Below the pieces are notes generated by a model that was not told the origin of the DNA, ran no database searches, and saw nothing but the letters and a program-made list of their open reading frames with translations. Of a DNA stretch of 64,000 nt, positions 25,386 to 36,100 are shown one piece after another. Source of the DNA: Tubulanus polymorphus (Eukaryota > Animalia > Nemertea); the NCBI RefSeq assembly GCF_964204645.1, contig NC_134029.1:11310850-11374849 (forward strand), in the 5' to 3' direction. A program made the translations under genes and the position numbers. Position 1 is the first letter of the stretch. Every line of letters starts with the position of its first letter.

Positions 25386-26633
25386 CTAATATTGAATACT
25401 ATCTAATTGTGAATTTACAATATTTAATTGTGCGTCAGATATAATATAAATGTGCATTTTAAAATTTTTGATTCCTTTATTCTTTTTCATGAATAATTGT
25501 ATTCCATCTTTAGTGTTCTGTAGTTTTTTCCCAGAACCATGTAATGAATTATCCTCTGTTGTTCTAAAATCTAACCATAATGCAAATTTATTACCGGTAT
25601 AATAATCAATTTGATTAATGTTACAATTTTCAAATGATTTTACTTTTTCATTCATAAAATGTTTTCTAATTTCTGGCCATTGATCTATCATTCTCATTCC
25701 TTGACAAAATATTTTATTCGCTATTCCTTCGATAGTTATTTCTACTTTTGTTATTTCAGGATTATAATAATTATCAACATTTATTGCGCCATTAGAATAT
25801 GTTGCAATAGTAAAAAATATTAATATACCTTTAATAGATCTTCTAGGAAAGTTAATATTCTCATTAATTATTTCATCATTTGCATTAATAGTTACAGTTT
25901 TAAATTTATCAATATAATCATATAATAATGAAAATCCTTGATTGTATTGAGTTTGAATTGTGCTAGCAATATTTTCATTAGTTATTGTGTTATATTCTAA
26001 ACATATATTCGATAATTTATAACTCATATCTTTAACAACGCTAGATAATACAATTTCATTTACAGGAGCAAATGTTATCTCAAATATAATATCTTCTTGA
26101 ATTGCGTATTTATATAAAGGTGCATTATTATTTATCAATTCAAAGTCTAATGGAATTTTATATTTGCTTCCATAAATCTTTTTAATCAAATTATCTGTGG
26201 CACGAGTTACTACTGCATTATTGGCTTCAGATCTTAATTTATTATGGTTTTCCGATTGGATGCCTTGAAATATCATATTGTTTCTATTTTCTTTAGTTAA
26301 CCATAAATCTTTATAATGCATAAATAAATTATAATCATCTAATGAGAAAACTGTTTCTGGACCAATCTTTATTGTTAACTTTTTAATCAAATATCTTCCA
26401 ACATTATCAACGACATAATTATTATTATTACCGATTACTTTTATATCAGCTGATAAATAAATACTGTTTGGAACATAAAAAGTATTTTGTGTTAATCTAG
26501 GAATTCTAACATATAAAGTTTCATCGGGATTAATATTTGAAGGGTTATGAGTAATTATATGATGTGATCTTTCTGCTTTAATAGCATTAGATATTCTAGA
26601 AATCTTTGAAGGACTTATATAACTCCCACTCAT
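25386..26633 (-). CDS. Major capsid protein (double jelly-roll)
   Basis: 415 aa, beta-rich pattern, size and context typical of Polinton MCP. Confidence 0.8.
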   Translation of the reverse strand: MSGSYISPSKISRISNAIKAERSHHIITHNPSNINPDETLYVRIPRLTQNTFYVPNSIYLSADIKVIGNNNNYVVDNVGRYLIKKLTIKIGPETVFSLDDYNLFMHYKDLWLTKENRNNMIFQGIQSENHNKLRSEANNAVVTRATDNLIKKIYGSKYKIPLDFELINNNAPLYKYAIQEDIIFEITFAPVNEIVLSSVVKDMSYKLSNICLEYNTITNENIASTIQTQYNQGFSLLYDYIDKFKTVTINANDEIINENINFPRRSIKGILIFFTIATYSNGAINVDNYYNPEITKVEITIEGIANKIFCQGMRMIDQWPEIRKHFMNEKVKSFENCNINQIDYYTGNKFALWLDFRTTEDNSLHGSGKKLQNTKDGIQLFMKKNKGIKNFKMHIYIISDAQLNIVNSQLDSIQY

Positions 26634-26677
26634 TTATTTAACAAAAAAATTAATTATTTATTTTTTGATATCATGGT

Positions 26678-28117
26678 TTACTTGATATTTTTTGATATCA
26701 TATTTACTAAACCAAAAATAATAGCACTTACAACTGTAATTAAAAATAAAATAATATGTTCAGCAGCAAAGTTAAGAATATTCCCAGCAGATTTCAATAT
26801 AAAACCAACAATTGATGCAATAACTCCTGGCAATGCTGCAGCAGATTTTTTAGATAGTTCCCATAAATATTTTGTTAATTTCTTTAAACCATCCTTAACT
26901 TTATCTTGTATAGAATTATTGCCTGGAGGTTTATCTGGTTTATTGGGAGTGGGAGTAGGAGTAGATTTTAAAGCATTTGATATAGCTAAACCAATTGTTG
27001 TAAATAACATAGTTACAGCTGTTAGAATTGAAAGAATTGTTATTCCTTCTAATTTAAATAATAATCTTATTCTGTCTTTTAGTGATATTTCAGAATTTGG
27101 TTTAATCAACAAATCTTTAAAAATAACTTTTAATCTATTAATATTATAATCATATGATTTTAACAATGTATCTCTTTCTTCTTTTTGTAATTCTTTGTTA
27201 TATTTTAAATCATCTATTTCTTTTTCTAAACGTAATTCTTTTTGCTTATATTCTATTTCATCAATTACTTGATGATCTAAATCAGACTTTAATTGTTCTA
27301 TTTCTTTATTTTTATCAGTTAATTCTTTTTCTAAAGTTCTAATTTTAAAATCTCTTATACTTTTATCATGCGCAATTTTATTAGATGCAAGTCTTATACT
27401 AATAATTTCTCTAATTGCTTTATCAGAAAATATATTTAAATCTTCTAATTGTTGATCTGTTGCATCAAGTAATCCATTTGGTAAAAGTTTTTCAGTTTGA
27501 ACTTCGCTTGAATTAGGTTTACTAGTTTTGGAATTAATAACTTCTTTAGGAATTTTTTTTTGTCCTAAATTTTCATTAATTATCTTAAAAAAATTAGCAT
27601 TTCTTTGTTTAATTTCTTTTATATTATAAATTCTTTCTTCTTGTGTAACATCAGTTATAACATCATCAATGATTTTCTTAATTCTATCTGGTTTAAATAA
27701 ATTAAAAGTTGATTGTGTTATTATTTTATCGCTACTTTTAAGATTTGAAATCTTAAAATAATAGTCGCCTTTCAATTTCCAATAATAATCACCATTTAAA
27801 TATTTTAAATCTTTTACTAAATAATTCATACCTTTATTTGTTATATTGAAACCAGATCTTTTTAATATTGGTTTAAATTCATGAATAATTTCATTATAAT
27901 TGTATTCTTTTTCTGTTATTTCTGGTACTTCATTTTCAATACTTATCTTTGAACGTGTTTTATCAATATATTGAGGTGTAGTTAAATTAGAATTATATGC
28001 TGATTCATCATCATTATCAATATTAGTTTCTGCATCATTATAATCATCATCAATATATCCTTCATTATTATTTCCCATTTCTCCCATTTCATAATCTTCT
28101 ACACCTTCTACTTCCAT
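26678..28117 (-). CDS. Acidic N-terminus, coiled coil and multi-TM C-terminus; putative virion membrane/entry protein
   Basis: 479 aa; three hydrophobic segments at the C-terminus; homolog in A. Confidence 0.75.
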   Translation of the reverse strand: MEVEGVEDYEMGEMGNNNEGYIDDDYNDAETNIDNDDESAYNSNLTTPQYIDKTRSKISIENEVPEITEKEYNYNEIIHEFKPILKRSGFNITNKGMNYLVKDLKYLNGDYYWKLKGDYYFKISNLKSSDKIITQSTFNLFKPDRIKKIIDDVITDVTQEERIYNIKEIKQRNANFFKIINENLGQKKIPKEVINSKTSKPNSSEVQTEKLLPNGLLDATDQQLEDLNIFSDKAIREIISIRLASNKIAHDKSIRDFKIRTLEKELTDKNKEIEQLKSDLDHQVIDEIEYKQKELRLEKEIDDLKYNKELQKEERDTLLKSYDYNINRLKVIFKDLLIKPNSEISLKDRIRLLFKLEGITILSILTAVTMLFTTIGLAISNALKSTPTPTPNKPDKPPGNNSIQDKVKDGLKKLTKYLWELSKKSAAALPGVIASIVGFILKSAGNILNFAAEHIILFLITVVSAIIFGLVNMISKNIK

Positions 28118-28133
28118 TTACATAATAAAAAAA

Positions 28134-29522
28134 TTAAAATTTAAAATATAATATTCCTCCGATTACAATTCCTATACAAGTTATAGCTAATTTAGTATTT
28201 TCATGTGATTTATTATCATCATTTAGTTTAATTATATCATGTTGGATAATATCGGTTCTATTATTTTCTGTAGTATTGTTATCTTTTATTTTAGAATCAT
28301 TATCCAATTTAATATTCTTAGTTTTAGTTTCTGTTGATTGAATATGTTTTTTATTTTTTTCACCTTCCATTAATTTTGGAGCAGTAATAATCTTTTTATT
28401 TATATCATTTAACCCAAATGAATTATTTATTGTTGCAGTTTTAATTAGATTATTATAACCAATTATATTTCCCATCTTTAATACTAAATCATTAGAAATA
28501 ATTAATAGATTAGGGCCTATACAATAATTTAATCTAATATGTGATTTATCTAAATAATTTTGATATCTTATAATGTTTTCTGGAATAGATCTATTTTTAT
28601 CATTATGTATGGAATCTTCAAATAAAACTTTAAACTGTTTTTGTGTATCGAATGATGTATTCAAATTTCCAATTATCGGTGATCTTGTTTCAACTTGCGC
28701 ACCTAAAATACAAATTAAATGAGTTCTAATAGATTGATTTATTCTTTCTATACCTGATTTAGTAAAACCTTCACTATTTTCTAAAATAAAATATACCCAA
28801 CCATTATTGTTTTCTTGTTTTAAATGATCATAAAATTTCGGTAATTTATTGAAATTTAATGTTTCTAAATCCTTTGTTTCTATTTTACCATAACCTAATT
28901 TATTATTATAGATATTATAAAAACTATTAGATGGTATGGGAAGTGCACAATATTCTGCAATCTTTCTAGGGCATGGAAGTGATCTTATTGTTCCAATTTT
29001 TGTTCTAAAATCAGAATTATTTATATCTATATTAAATTCATTACAAATCTTATAAAACTTAGATAAATTAATATTATTATCTAATTCTTTGAAATACCTA
29101 GATCCTGGTAAAGCGCACTTTAATTCATTTAATATTATTCTGATTTGAAAGTATGTATGAAATCTAAATAAACTTTGAATTAATTTATATTTAGAATTAT
29201 TCAAATGATCATTCCAACTAATTCCACATCCTGTTGTTGCACAATAAACAGCAAAATTTAATTGATTCTGCCAATACTTCATATTAGATTTTAATAACCA
29301 TTGTTTTTCATCTTTCAATTTTTTAAAATTAATTAAATATACATGAAATATATTTTCCATCTTTGCATTGAAATTATTAGTTTCAGTAACATAAATTTCT
29401 AAATTAGTTAATGAATCTAAAACTTCATTTCTATATGTAATATCTTTATTAAAATCTATTGCTGGAATATTATATTTAATTGATTTATTATATCGGAAAG
29501 CTTTTGGAAAACTATCTACCAT
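28134..29522 (-). CDS. Conserved hypothetical protein with C-terminal TM anchor
   Basis: 462 aa; homologs in A and C; ends LAITCIGIVIGGILYFKF. Confidence 0.8.
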   Translation of the reverse strand: MVDSFPKAFRYNKSIKYNIPAIDFNKDITYRNEVLDSLTNLEIYVTETNNFNAKMENIFHVYLINFKKLKDEKQWLLKSNMKYWQNQLNFAVYCATTGCGISWNDHLNNSKYKLIQSLFRFHTYFQIRIILNELKCALPGSRYFKELDNNINLSKFYKICNEFNIDINNSDFRTKIGTIRSLPCPRKIAEYCALPIPSNSFYNIYNNKLGYGKIETKDLETLNFNKLPKFYDHLKQENNNGWVYFILENSEGFTKSGIERINQSIRTHLICILGAQVETRSPIIGNLNTSFDTQKQFKVLFEDSIHNDKNRSIPENIIRYQNYLDKSHIRLNYCIGPNLLIISNDLVLKMGNIIGYNNLIKTATINNSFGLNDINKKIITAPKLMEGEKNKKHIQSTETKTKNIKLDNDSKIKDNNTTENNRTDIIQHDIIKLNDDNKSHENTKLAITCIGIVIGGILYFKF

Positions 29523-29539
29523 TTATATAATTAAAAAAA

Positions 29540-29974
29540 TTAATAATTTATTAATTCTTTTAATAATTTATCTTGTTCTTCAACTGTTATATGACCATTT
29601 AAACTTATTATGTAATCTAGTGTATTCTTTAATTTATTAATTTCTTTTATATTAGTTTTAATTTTTTCTTTATTACTTTTTATATTTAATTTTGAACTTA
29701 TACCAGTTAAAACACTTGAACTTAATCCTAATACACCAATTGATATAGCTAAAGGTGTTAATGGGCTGAATATTGCTAGAAATGTTATTACAGAACTAAT
29801 TGTAACCGAACCACTTATAATCAAATAATATATAATTTTACTTTTTAAATATTTTTTCTTTTTTATCTTTAAGTCACTTTCAAATTCTAATATTTGTTTT
29901 TCTAAATATATTTTTAATTTAGTTTTATTTATATCATGAGGAATAATATCAATATTATCAACTTTATCTTCCAT
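29540..29974 (-). CDS. Two-TM coiled-coil protein
   Basis: Hydrophobic hairpin between coiled coils; three copies in window. Confidence 0.75.
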   Translation of the reverse strand: MEDKVDNIDIIPHDINKTKLKIYLEKQILEFESDLKIKKKKYLKSKIIYYLIISGSVTISSVITFLAIFSPLTPLAISIGVLGLSSSVLTGISSKLNIKSNKEKIKTNIKEINKLKNTLDYIISLNGHITVEEQDKLLKELINY

Positions 29975-29993
29975 TTATTTAGAATAAAAATTA

Positions 29994-30416
29994 CTAATTA
30001 GTAAATTTATAAGCAACAAATATAACAATAACTGTTCCACCTAAAATCCAAATTATTTCATATTTCTGTTGTTCTTTACTTGGGGTATAATAATCTGATA
30101 ATTTAGGTTTGTATAGATGTAATTTTTCTTTATTTGTTACTGCGTTATATAAACTCATTGCATCATCAACTGATTGAAAATCTCTATGTGAAATCTTCTG
30201 ATCATATAATTCTTTATTGATGTAATCCATATAGTTTTGTCTCTTTTCTCTATATTCTTCTGCAGCTTTATTGTATTTCTCTAACGCTAAGTTATGTCTT
30301 CTTTGTTCTCCTAATGAACTATTTTTATCAATATGTTTAAATAAATAACCACCACCAGTAAATGCTGAAGCGTTAACAATTGCTGATCCTATAATAGTTA
30401 TAATTGCAGAAGCCAT
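29994..30416 (-). CDS. Small membrane-associated protein (ExxRHNLALE motif)
   Basis: Three conserved copies. Confidence 0.78.
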   Translation of the reverse strand: MASAIITIIGSAIVNASAFTGGGYLFKHIDKNSSLGEQRRHNLALEKYNKAAEEYREKRQNYMDYINKELYDQKISHRDFQSVDDAMSLYNAVTNKEKLHLYKPKLSDYYTPSKEQQKYEIIWILGGTVIVIFVAYKFTN

Positions 30417-30440
30417 TTATTTAACAAAAAAATTATGCAT

Positions 30441-30662
30441 TTATATGGGAGGAATATATTTTTGTTTTTCCAAATAATCAATAGTTAAATTAGATAAAGT
30501 AACCGCTAATGTTAACTTTAAAATATCATTTATATCAAATCTATCAACATTAACACTTCCCATTTTGAATACTTTTTTTAATACCATTGAATAACCAACA
30601 GTTCCAACTGATAGTAATGCGCCATTATATAATCCAGTTATTATCCACTTATTATCACTCAT
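30441..30662 (-). CDS. 73-aa hydrophobic protein
   Basis: Protein identical to 52782-53003 despite silent DNA changes. Confidence 0.75.
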   Translation of the reverse strand: MSDNKWIITGLYNGALLSVGTVGYSMVLKKVFKMGSVNVDRFDINDILKLTLAVTLSNLTIDYLEKQKYIPPI

Positions 30663-30665
30663 TTA

Positions 30666-31004
30666 TTAATCAAAAAAATTACTATCATCAAAATATTTAG
30701 TTAACTTATTTATGATTAATTCAACATTTATTTCATTACTAGTTTTATGATTATCATATATTTTGGATAATATGTTTTTGATATCTTCAATAATTCCATC
30801 TTCATTTAATTCATAATATTCTAAAGGTGATTTAATTAAATCAATTACTTTTTCTATATTATACTTTTCTTTATCAATCATTGACACATTGTTAAATGAT
30901 TTACTTTTTATATCAGTAATTACATCATTTAGTTTAATTCTCATTTCTTTACCATGTTTAAAATCAAACCCAAAACATATACTCGGTCCAACAGTTATAT
31001 TCAT
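30666..31004 (-). CDS. Hypothetical protein
   Basis: Homologs at 5329-5697 and 53004-53360. Confidence 0.7.
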   Translation of the reverse strand: MNITVGPSICFGFDFKHGKEMRIKLNDVITDIKSKSFNNVSMIDKEKYNIEKVIDLIKSPLEYYELNEDGIIEDIKNILSKIYDNHKTSNEINVELIINKLTKYFDDSNFFD

Positions 31005-31020
31005 TTATATAGGTGAAAAA

Positions 31021-31779
31021 TTACTCTTTACATCTTATAACTAATTCATAAATTACAGGAAAGTTATTTAAATCAATTAAGTATCCATTATGATTTCTAA
31101 TTTCTAATCTAAAATTATTAAAACTAGGAATGCATGGTTTGAAATCACATTCTGTTAAATTATAATTTATTTGCGTTCCAAATTGTTTAACATTCTTCAA
31201 TGGTAAAATGTTTAGTAAACCAGAATTACAAGTTATATCTTTAGTTGCTTCGAATGTTTTTGTAGGATCGATTAAATTGCAATAAATATAAAAGTGTGTG
31301 TAAGGTATTAAGTTTGGTGTAACTTCTACGTTTCCTGTAGCAGTAAATGGTTTAATTCCTAACATTTTAGCTAATGGTTTGTTTACCATAAATGTTTGTT
31401 TGTTTCCTTCATCTAACTTTATTTTAATTTTATCAGAACTATCACTTTTTATGAATCTAATTAAAAATTTATCTTCACTTCTAAGTTTTAATCGTGCTCT
31501 TTTATTAATTTCTTGAGCTAATGTTTCTAAATTATATAATCCTGGTTTTAATAATAGATTATACCATTTATCTATATTTTCTACATAAATCATAAACAAT
31601 CTATGTTCAATACTTTTATCCGATACATTGTAAAAAGAATTACATAAACTTATATTTACTAATTTCAAATCAACGCAATTCTTAAATTCTCTATCTAATT
31701 GTACTAATAAATTATGAGATTTATAATTTGTAAGTTTTCTAGAATCAACAAATATTCTGTATTCTTTTAATTCTACCAT
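31021..31779 (-). CDS. Minor capsid (penton, single jelly-roll) protein
   Basis: IFVDSR, GLYNL, FYIYCNLI, IRNHNGYLIDLNN motifs typical of Polinton/virophage pentons. Confidence 0.75.
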   Translation of the reverse strand: MVELKEYRIFVDSRKLTNYKSHNLLVQLDREFKNCVDLKLVNISLCNSFYNVSDKSIEHRLFMIYVENIDKWYNLLLKPGLYNLETLAQEINKRARLKLRSEDKFLIRFIKSDSSDKIKIKLDEGNKQTFMVNKPLAKMLGIKPFTATGNVEVTPNLIPYTHFYIYCNLIDPTKTFEATKDITCNSGLLNILPLKNVKQFGTQINYNLTECDFKPCIPSFNNFRLEIRNHNGYLIDLNNFPVIYELVIRCKE

Positions 31780-31847
31780 TATTTATAACATAAAAAAATT
31801 ACCGCTCATCACTAAAAATTAATTTTAATAAAATTTTTCCTTAATAA

Positions 31848-33165
31848 ATGGATGAGAAGATAGCATGCGAAATTTGTGGTGAACTTCTAAGAAAAAGTAA
31901 TAAGGCTCGACATATGAAAAAACATGATGAAAATTATAAACCCCCTAAAATAAACTGTCCAAATTGTAATAAAACATTCTCTAGAAATTATTTCAAAAAA
32001 CATTCGGAGAAGTGTAAAAATAATAACTTAATAGTTAATGTTGATAGTAACGAAAGTAATAATAATTCTGTTGAAGTTGAACCTGAAATTATTTGGAAAA
32101 GACCTTTCTTATTCTATGATAAGGATAATATAAAAGATCATTTCTGTGAGCCTTGTCGAATAAAATATAACCCTGAAAATATAGAAGATTGGGAGAATCA
32201 TCAATTTCATAAAGTACATATAGATAAAATTTCTAATAAATTTGAAGCAGAATTCAATGAAAGAAAAAATAATTTATTAGAAAAAATAAAATATGAGAAA
32301 ACGTTACCAGATAATAAAGAAACAGTTGAAAAGTTAGAAAAACAATATAATGAATTAACAAGAAAAACATATTATTGTAAATATTGTAAATTGATTATTA
32401 CAACAAGTAATTCAAATCTACATAATAGAACAATAAAACATAAAAGAAAACGTAAGAAAATACCAAGAGCTTAATGAAGATCTATTACCAGTAAATTATA
32501 AACAAAAATGCCCACAATGTATTTATGCGACCTTAAGGCAAGAAGGTACTGTGTTATTTTGTGTTGATTGTGGATGGCAAAGGAATTTATGGGGTGAAGA
32601 AAAAACTAGAAATTTTCTTATAGAACCAAAATTAAATTATCTTGATGAAATTTTTAAAATATTTTCTATAGAAGATCATACACCAGAATATATGCAATGG
32701 CTTGAAAAAATGAAAATAATAGAAAATAAAAATGGTGAAATAACTAAAAAAGATATTATAAAAACAATTATTCCACCAACATTTAACACAAAACAAAAGA
32801 AAATGTATTTATATTTATTATTTAACGATTATTATGAAAAACCTAAATTAACAGAAGAAGATATGGAAAATATAAAAAAAATATTTAAACAAATATTAAT
32901 GTATCATTTGGAAAATAGAATAACAGATTCAATAAATTATGAATTCTTTTTAAATAAGATTGTAAATTATTTAAACCTAGATATTATAATTCCATTTGAT
33001 GAATTAACAAACAAAAAGAAACAAAGAGAGCGAGATGAAATGTGGAACAAGATAGAACTTTATTTAAATGAGAAAAATGGAATGGAAGAAGAACCTGAAC
33101 AATTAAATGAAAATGAAGAAGCCAATAGTGATTTCGAGTTTGATGATATTGATTTTATGTTTTAA
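31848..33165 (+). pseudogene. Zn-finger array fused to a poxvirus VLTF3-like late transcription factor domain; +1 frameshift near 32445
   Basis: C2H2-type fingers, then CPQC-x13-CVDC ribbon and SINYEFFLNKI...RERDEMWNKI; removing one A in CATAAAAGAAAAC joins both ORFs. Confidence 0.62.
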
Positions 33166-36100
33166 TGGCCATAAGGTAATGTTTTTATACCATCATCTGA
33201 AATATGCCTTTTATCATCAAATGGATTTAAACAAGTTTTTTCAACTTCATTAATGTACATCTCATGATCTTCTGATCTTAAACAATTCATCTTGTGTTTC
33301 ATTACAATTGATTTATATAAACACTTTATATAATCTTGAAATTCTATATGTTTATCAACCACATGTTTTGTTATTCCTTTTAACTTTTTAGCTTCATGAT
33401 CTTTTGTTCTGTAACTATACATTTTACTTCTTATCCCAACAAATTCAATCATTTCATCACCTCCTAATTCATCTTTAAATTTACCAGGAATCTTTTTATT
33501 ATCATTGCTAAATAGTTCATGATCTTTAGGATAATTGCTAAAATCAAAATGATGTTTTAATGTTTTTAAGTCTTTTGTTATGTCATTTGTCTTGATTTTT
33601 AGTATGTAGGCGTCAGTATTTTTTTGGATTAATGGGAACCCAGAATTGAATGTTCCATCATCTGTTGATAAATCATAAACATAGTCAGTTGGGTTATATA
33701 TTTCAAATAAATCTTTAACTTCTTCAGTTAAATCTTTTTCTACATGCCTTAAATTAAAGCAATTTGGTTTAGATTTAATCAATCCAATATTCATATTGAA
33801 GCCTAATGAATTACATAATATATTCAATCCTGATATAGCAACTTTTCCTTTCTGTGCAAAGGTTATCGTTTTATCCTTTGTAAATTTTTTAGTGCCATCT
33901 GCGGCATAGAATCCAATGAAGAACCATTTTCTTAAATTATTTTTTGCATTTAATACATAATCTGGTACTATCTTTTCTTTAGTTGAAGTATTACTTTTCA
34001 CTATTGCATGAATATAGAATTCATCATTATATTTTATAGCAAAATCTTTAGGATTATTTACAAATATTCTATAAACCGCGGATGATTTCATATGGTCCAT
34101 GATTCTAAATGTTTTATGTGAATAAACTTCTTCGCAAAATTTCTTTATTCTTTCTAATAATTTCAAATCTTGATTGCATAAATACCAACGATATTGAGTG
34201 CGATTAACATAATTATACACACCTGCTGAACCATCACCCATGAAAAATCCTTTGATAAAATATTCTTTTTCTTCTAATGTTTCGGGTTCTATATTATAAA
34301 TATTATCAATTATTTCATCAAATGACATATGATTCATTCTTGGGTAAAATCTCTTATGTAATAATTCATCTCCAATTTTTATATCAGTTGGTTTTATTTC
34401 ATCACCATTTCGTTTAATTAAACTATGGTCTTCAGTAACATCTACAAATCCTAATTTAGTTCTAACTCTATAGATTTTCTTATTTGTTTTATGTCTAATA
34501 ATATTCTTCAATTTTTTCCATCCATTTCTTGTCCAAACATCTATTAAACCATTTATTTGTATTAATTCTTTTTCACCATATGAAATATAAAGTTCATTTT
34601 GTTTTAGAATTATTTCTGAAATTCTTCTTACCAATATTTTATTATTACATTTTAATAATATTGGGGTGTCGGCCGTTACAGAATCGAAGTACAGAATTTC
34701 TATATGTTTTTCCCCAAACAATGGTTGTAAAACATTATAATAAAAATTATACATTAATAATTTTGATATTTCTAAAACTGTTGAACCAATGAAAATAGGT
34801 TTATTAGATTTCATTGACGTTCTTTTTAATTTTACCGCGGTCAAATAATCCTCAAACCTTTTATTTCCTAAATGTCTAGGACTTGATTGTAGGTGTCTCA
34901 ATCGTTCAGAATTATTTACTAATTCAATATCATTTCTATTTCTAATATTTTCACATGTTTTACCATAAAAACTATTGTTCATTAATTTGAAGAAATCTTT
35001 TTCAAAATCTGTTTTTGATATGGTTCTCTGTTGAGTATTGAAATCTATATATTTTTCTAACCACTTTGATTGATTAAATTCAATATATCTATGTACTTTC
35101 TTTAATTTCATTCCTTGTTTTAGATAAAATTTTAACATTCTATAATGAACAATATAATTGTATTTATTATTTTGAGTAAGTATTAATTTTTCTGTAAAAA
35201 CATGATCTTTCGGTTTTATTTTCTTCTGGTATTCACTTAAATAACTATCATCTACAGTTAAATGTTCTGGGCAATAAGGTAAGTTTCTTGTTTTAAACTT
35301 TATATTTTCAGGATATTCTAAATCAACTACAAAGAAATAACCAATTGGTGCTTCATCTTTTAAACTCGCAATTGCGTTTTCCCAATCAGTTTTATCACCA
35401 TTTTCAACTTCTGTTAATATAAAATTTTTATATGGTTGAGGTTGCATCATTGCCCAACCATATAAATTATTGGCGTCAATATATAATAATTTATATTCAT
35501 CATTTGCTTTAAAATACCTATCTCCCATAACACCACTAATTCCACCTCTAATTGATTTTTCAAATAATAAAACCATATCTGGTTCTTTTAATAAATCTAA
35601 TTCTACATTTGTATATTTTAAACCACATTGCCAGGTTAAACCAGGACTAGAGTAGCAATAACAAGGATCAACATTAAAATGATTCAAATTAACTTCTCTA
35701 AATTTTTCAAATATGTCAGCTAATATCATAACATCTGATTTTAAATATAAATCAACTAATTCACCATGATTTTTCATATTAAAATGGTTCCAAATATTTA
35801 ATGTTCTATCAAAAACTTCGTCTTTCACATGCTCCTCTTTTAATTTATTATAAAATTGATCTTTTAATAATTCTGTTACATTAAAATCATCGTGTGTTTT
35901 ATAAAATGAGTAAGGTATTGCGCCTTTATATCTCAATAGTTTAAAATCTTGGTCATTTGGATAATAATATCGAGTTATAACAAAATCATTATCAACTAAA
36001 CTTTTTGATAAATTATCTAATGAACTTGCTAGAATTCTATAAGAATCTAAAAATCTAATGCAACCAAATTGAAATGAAATATAATTTTCAGATGTTTTAG

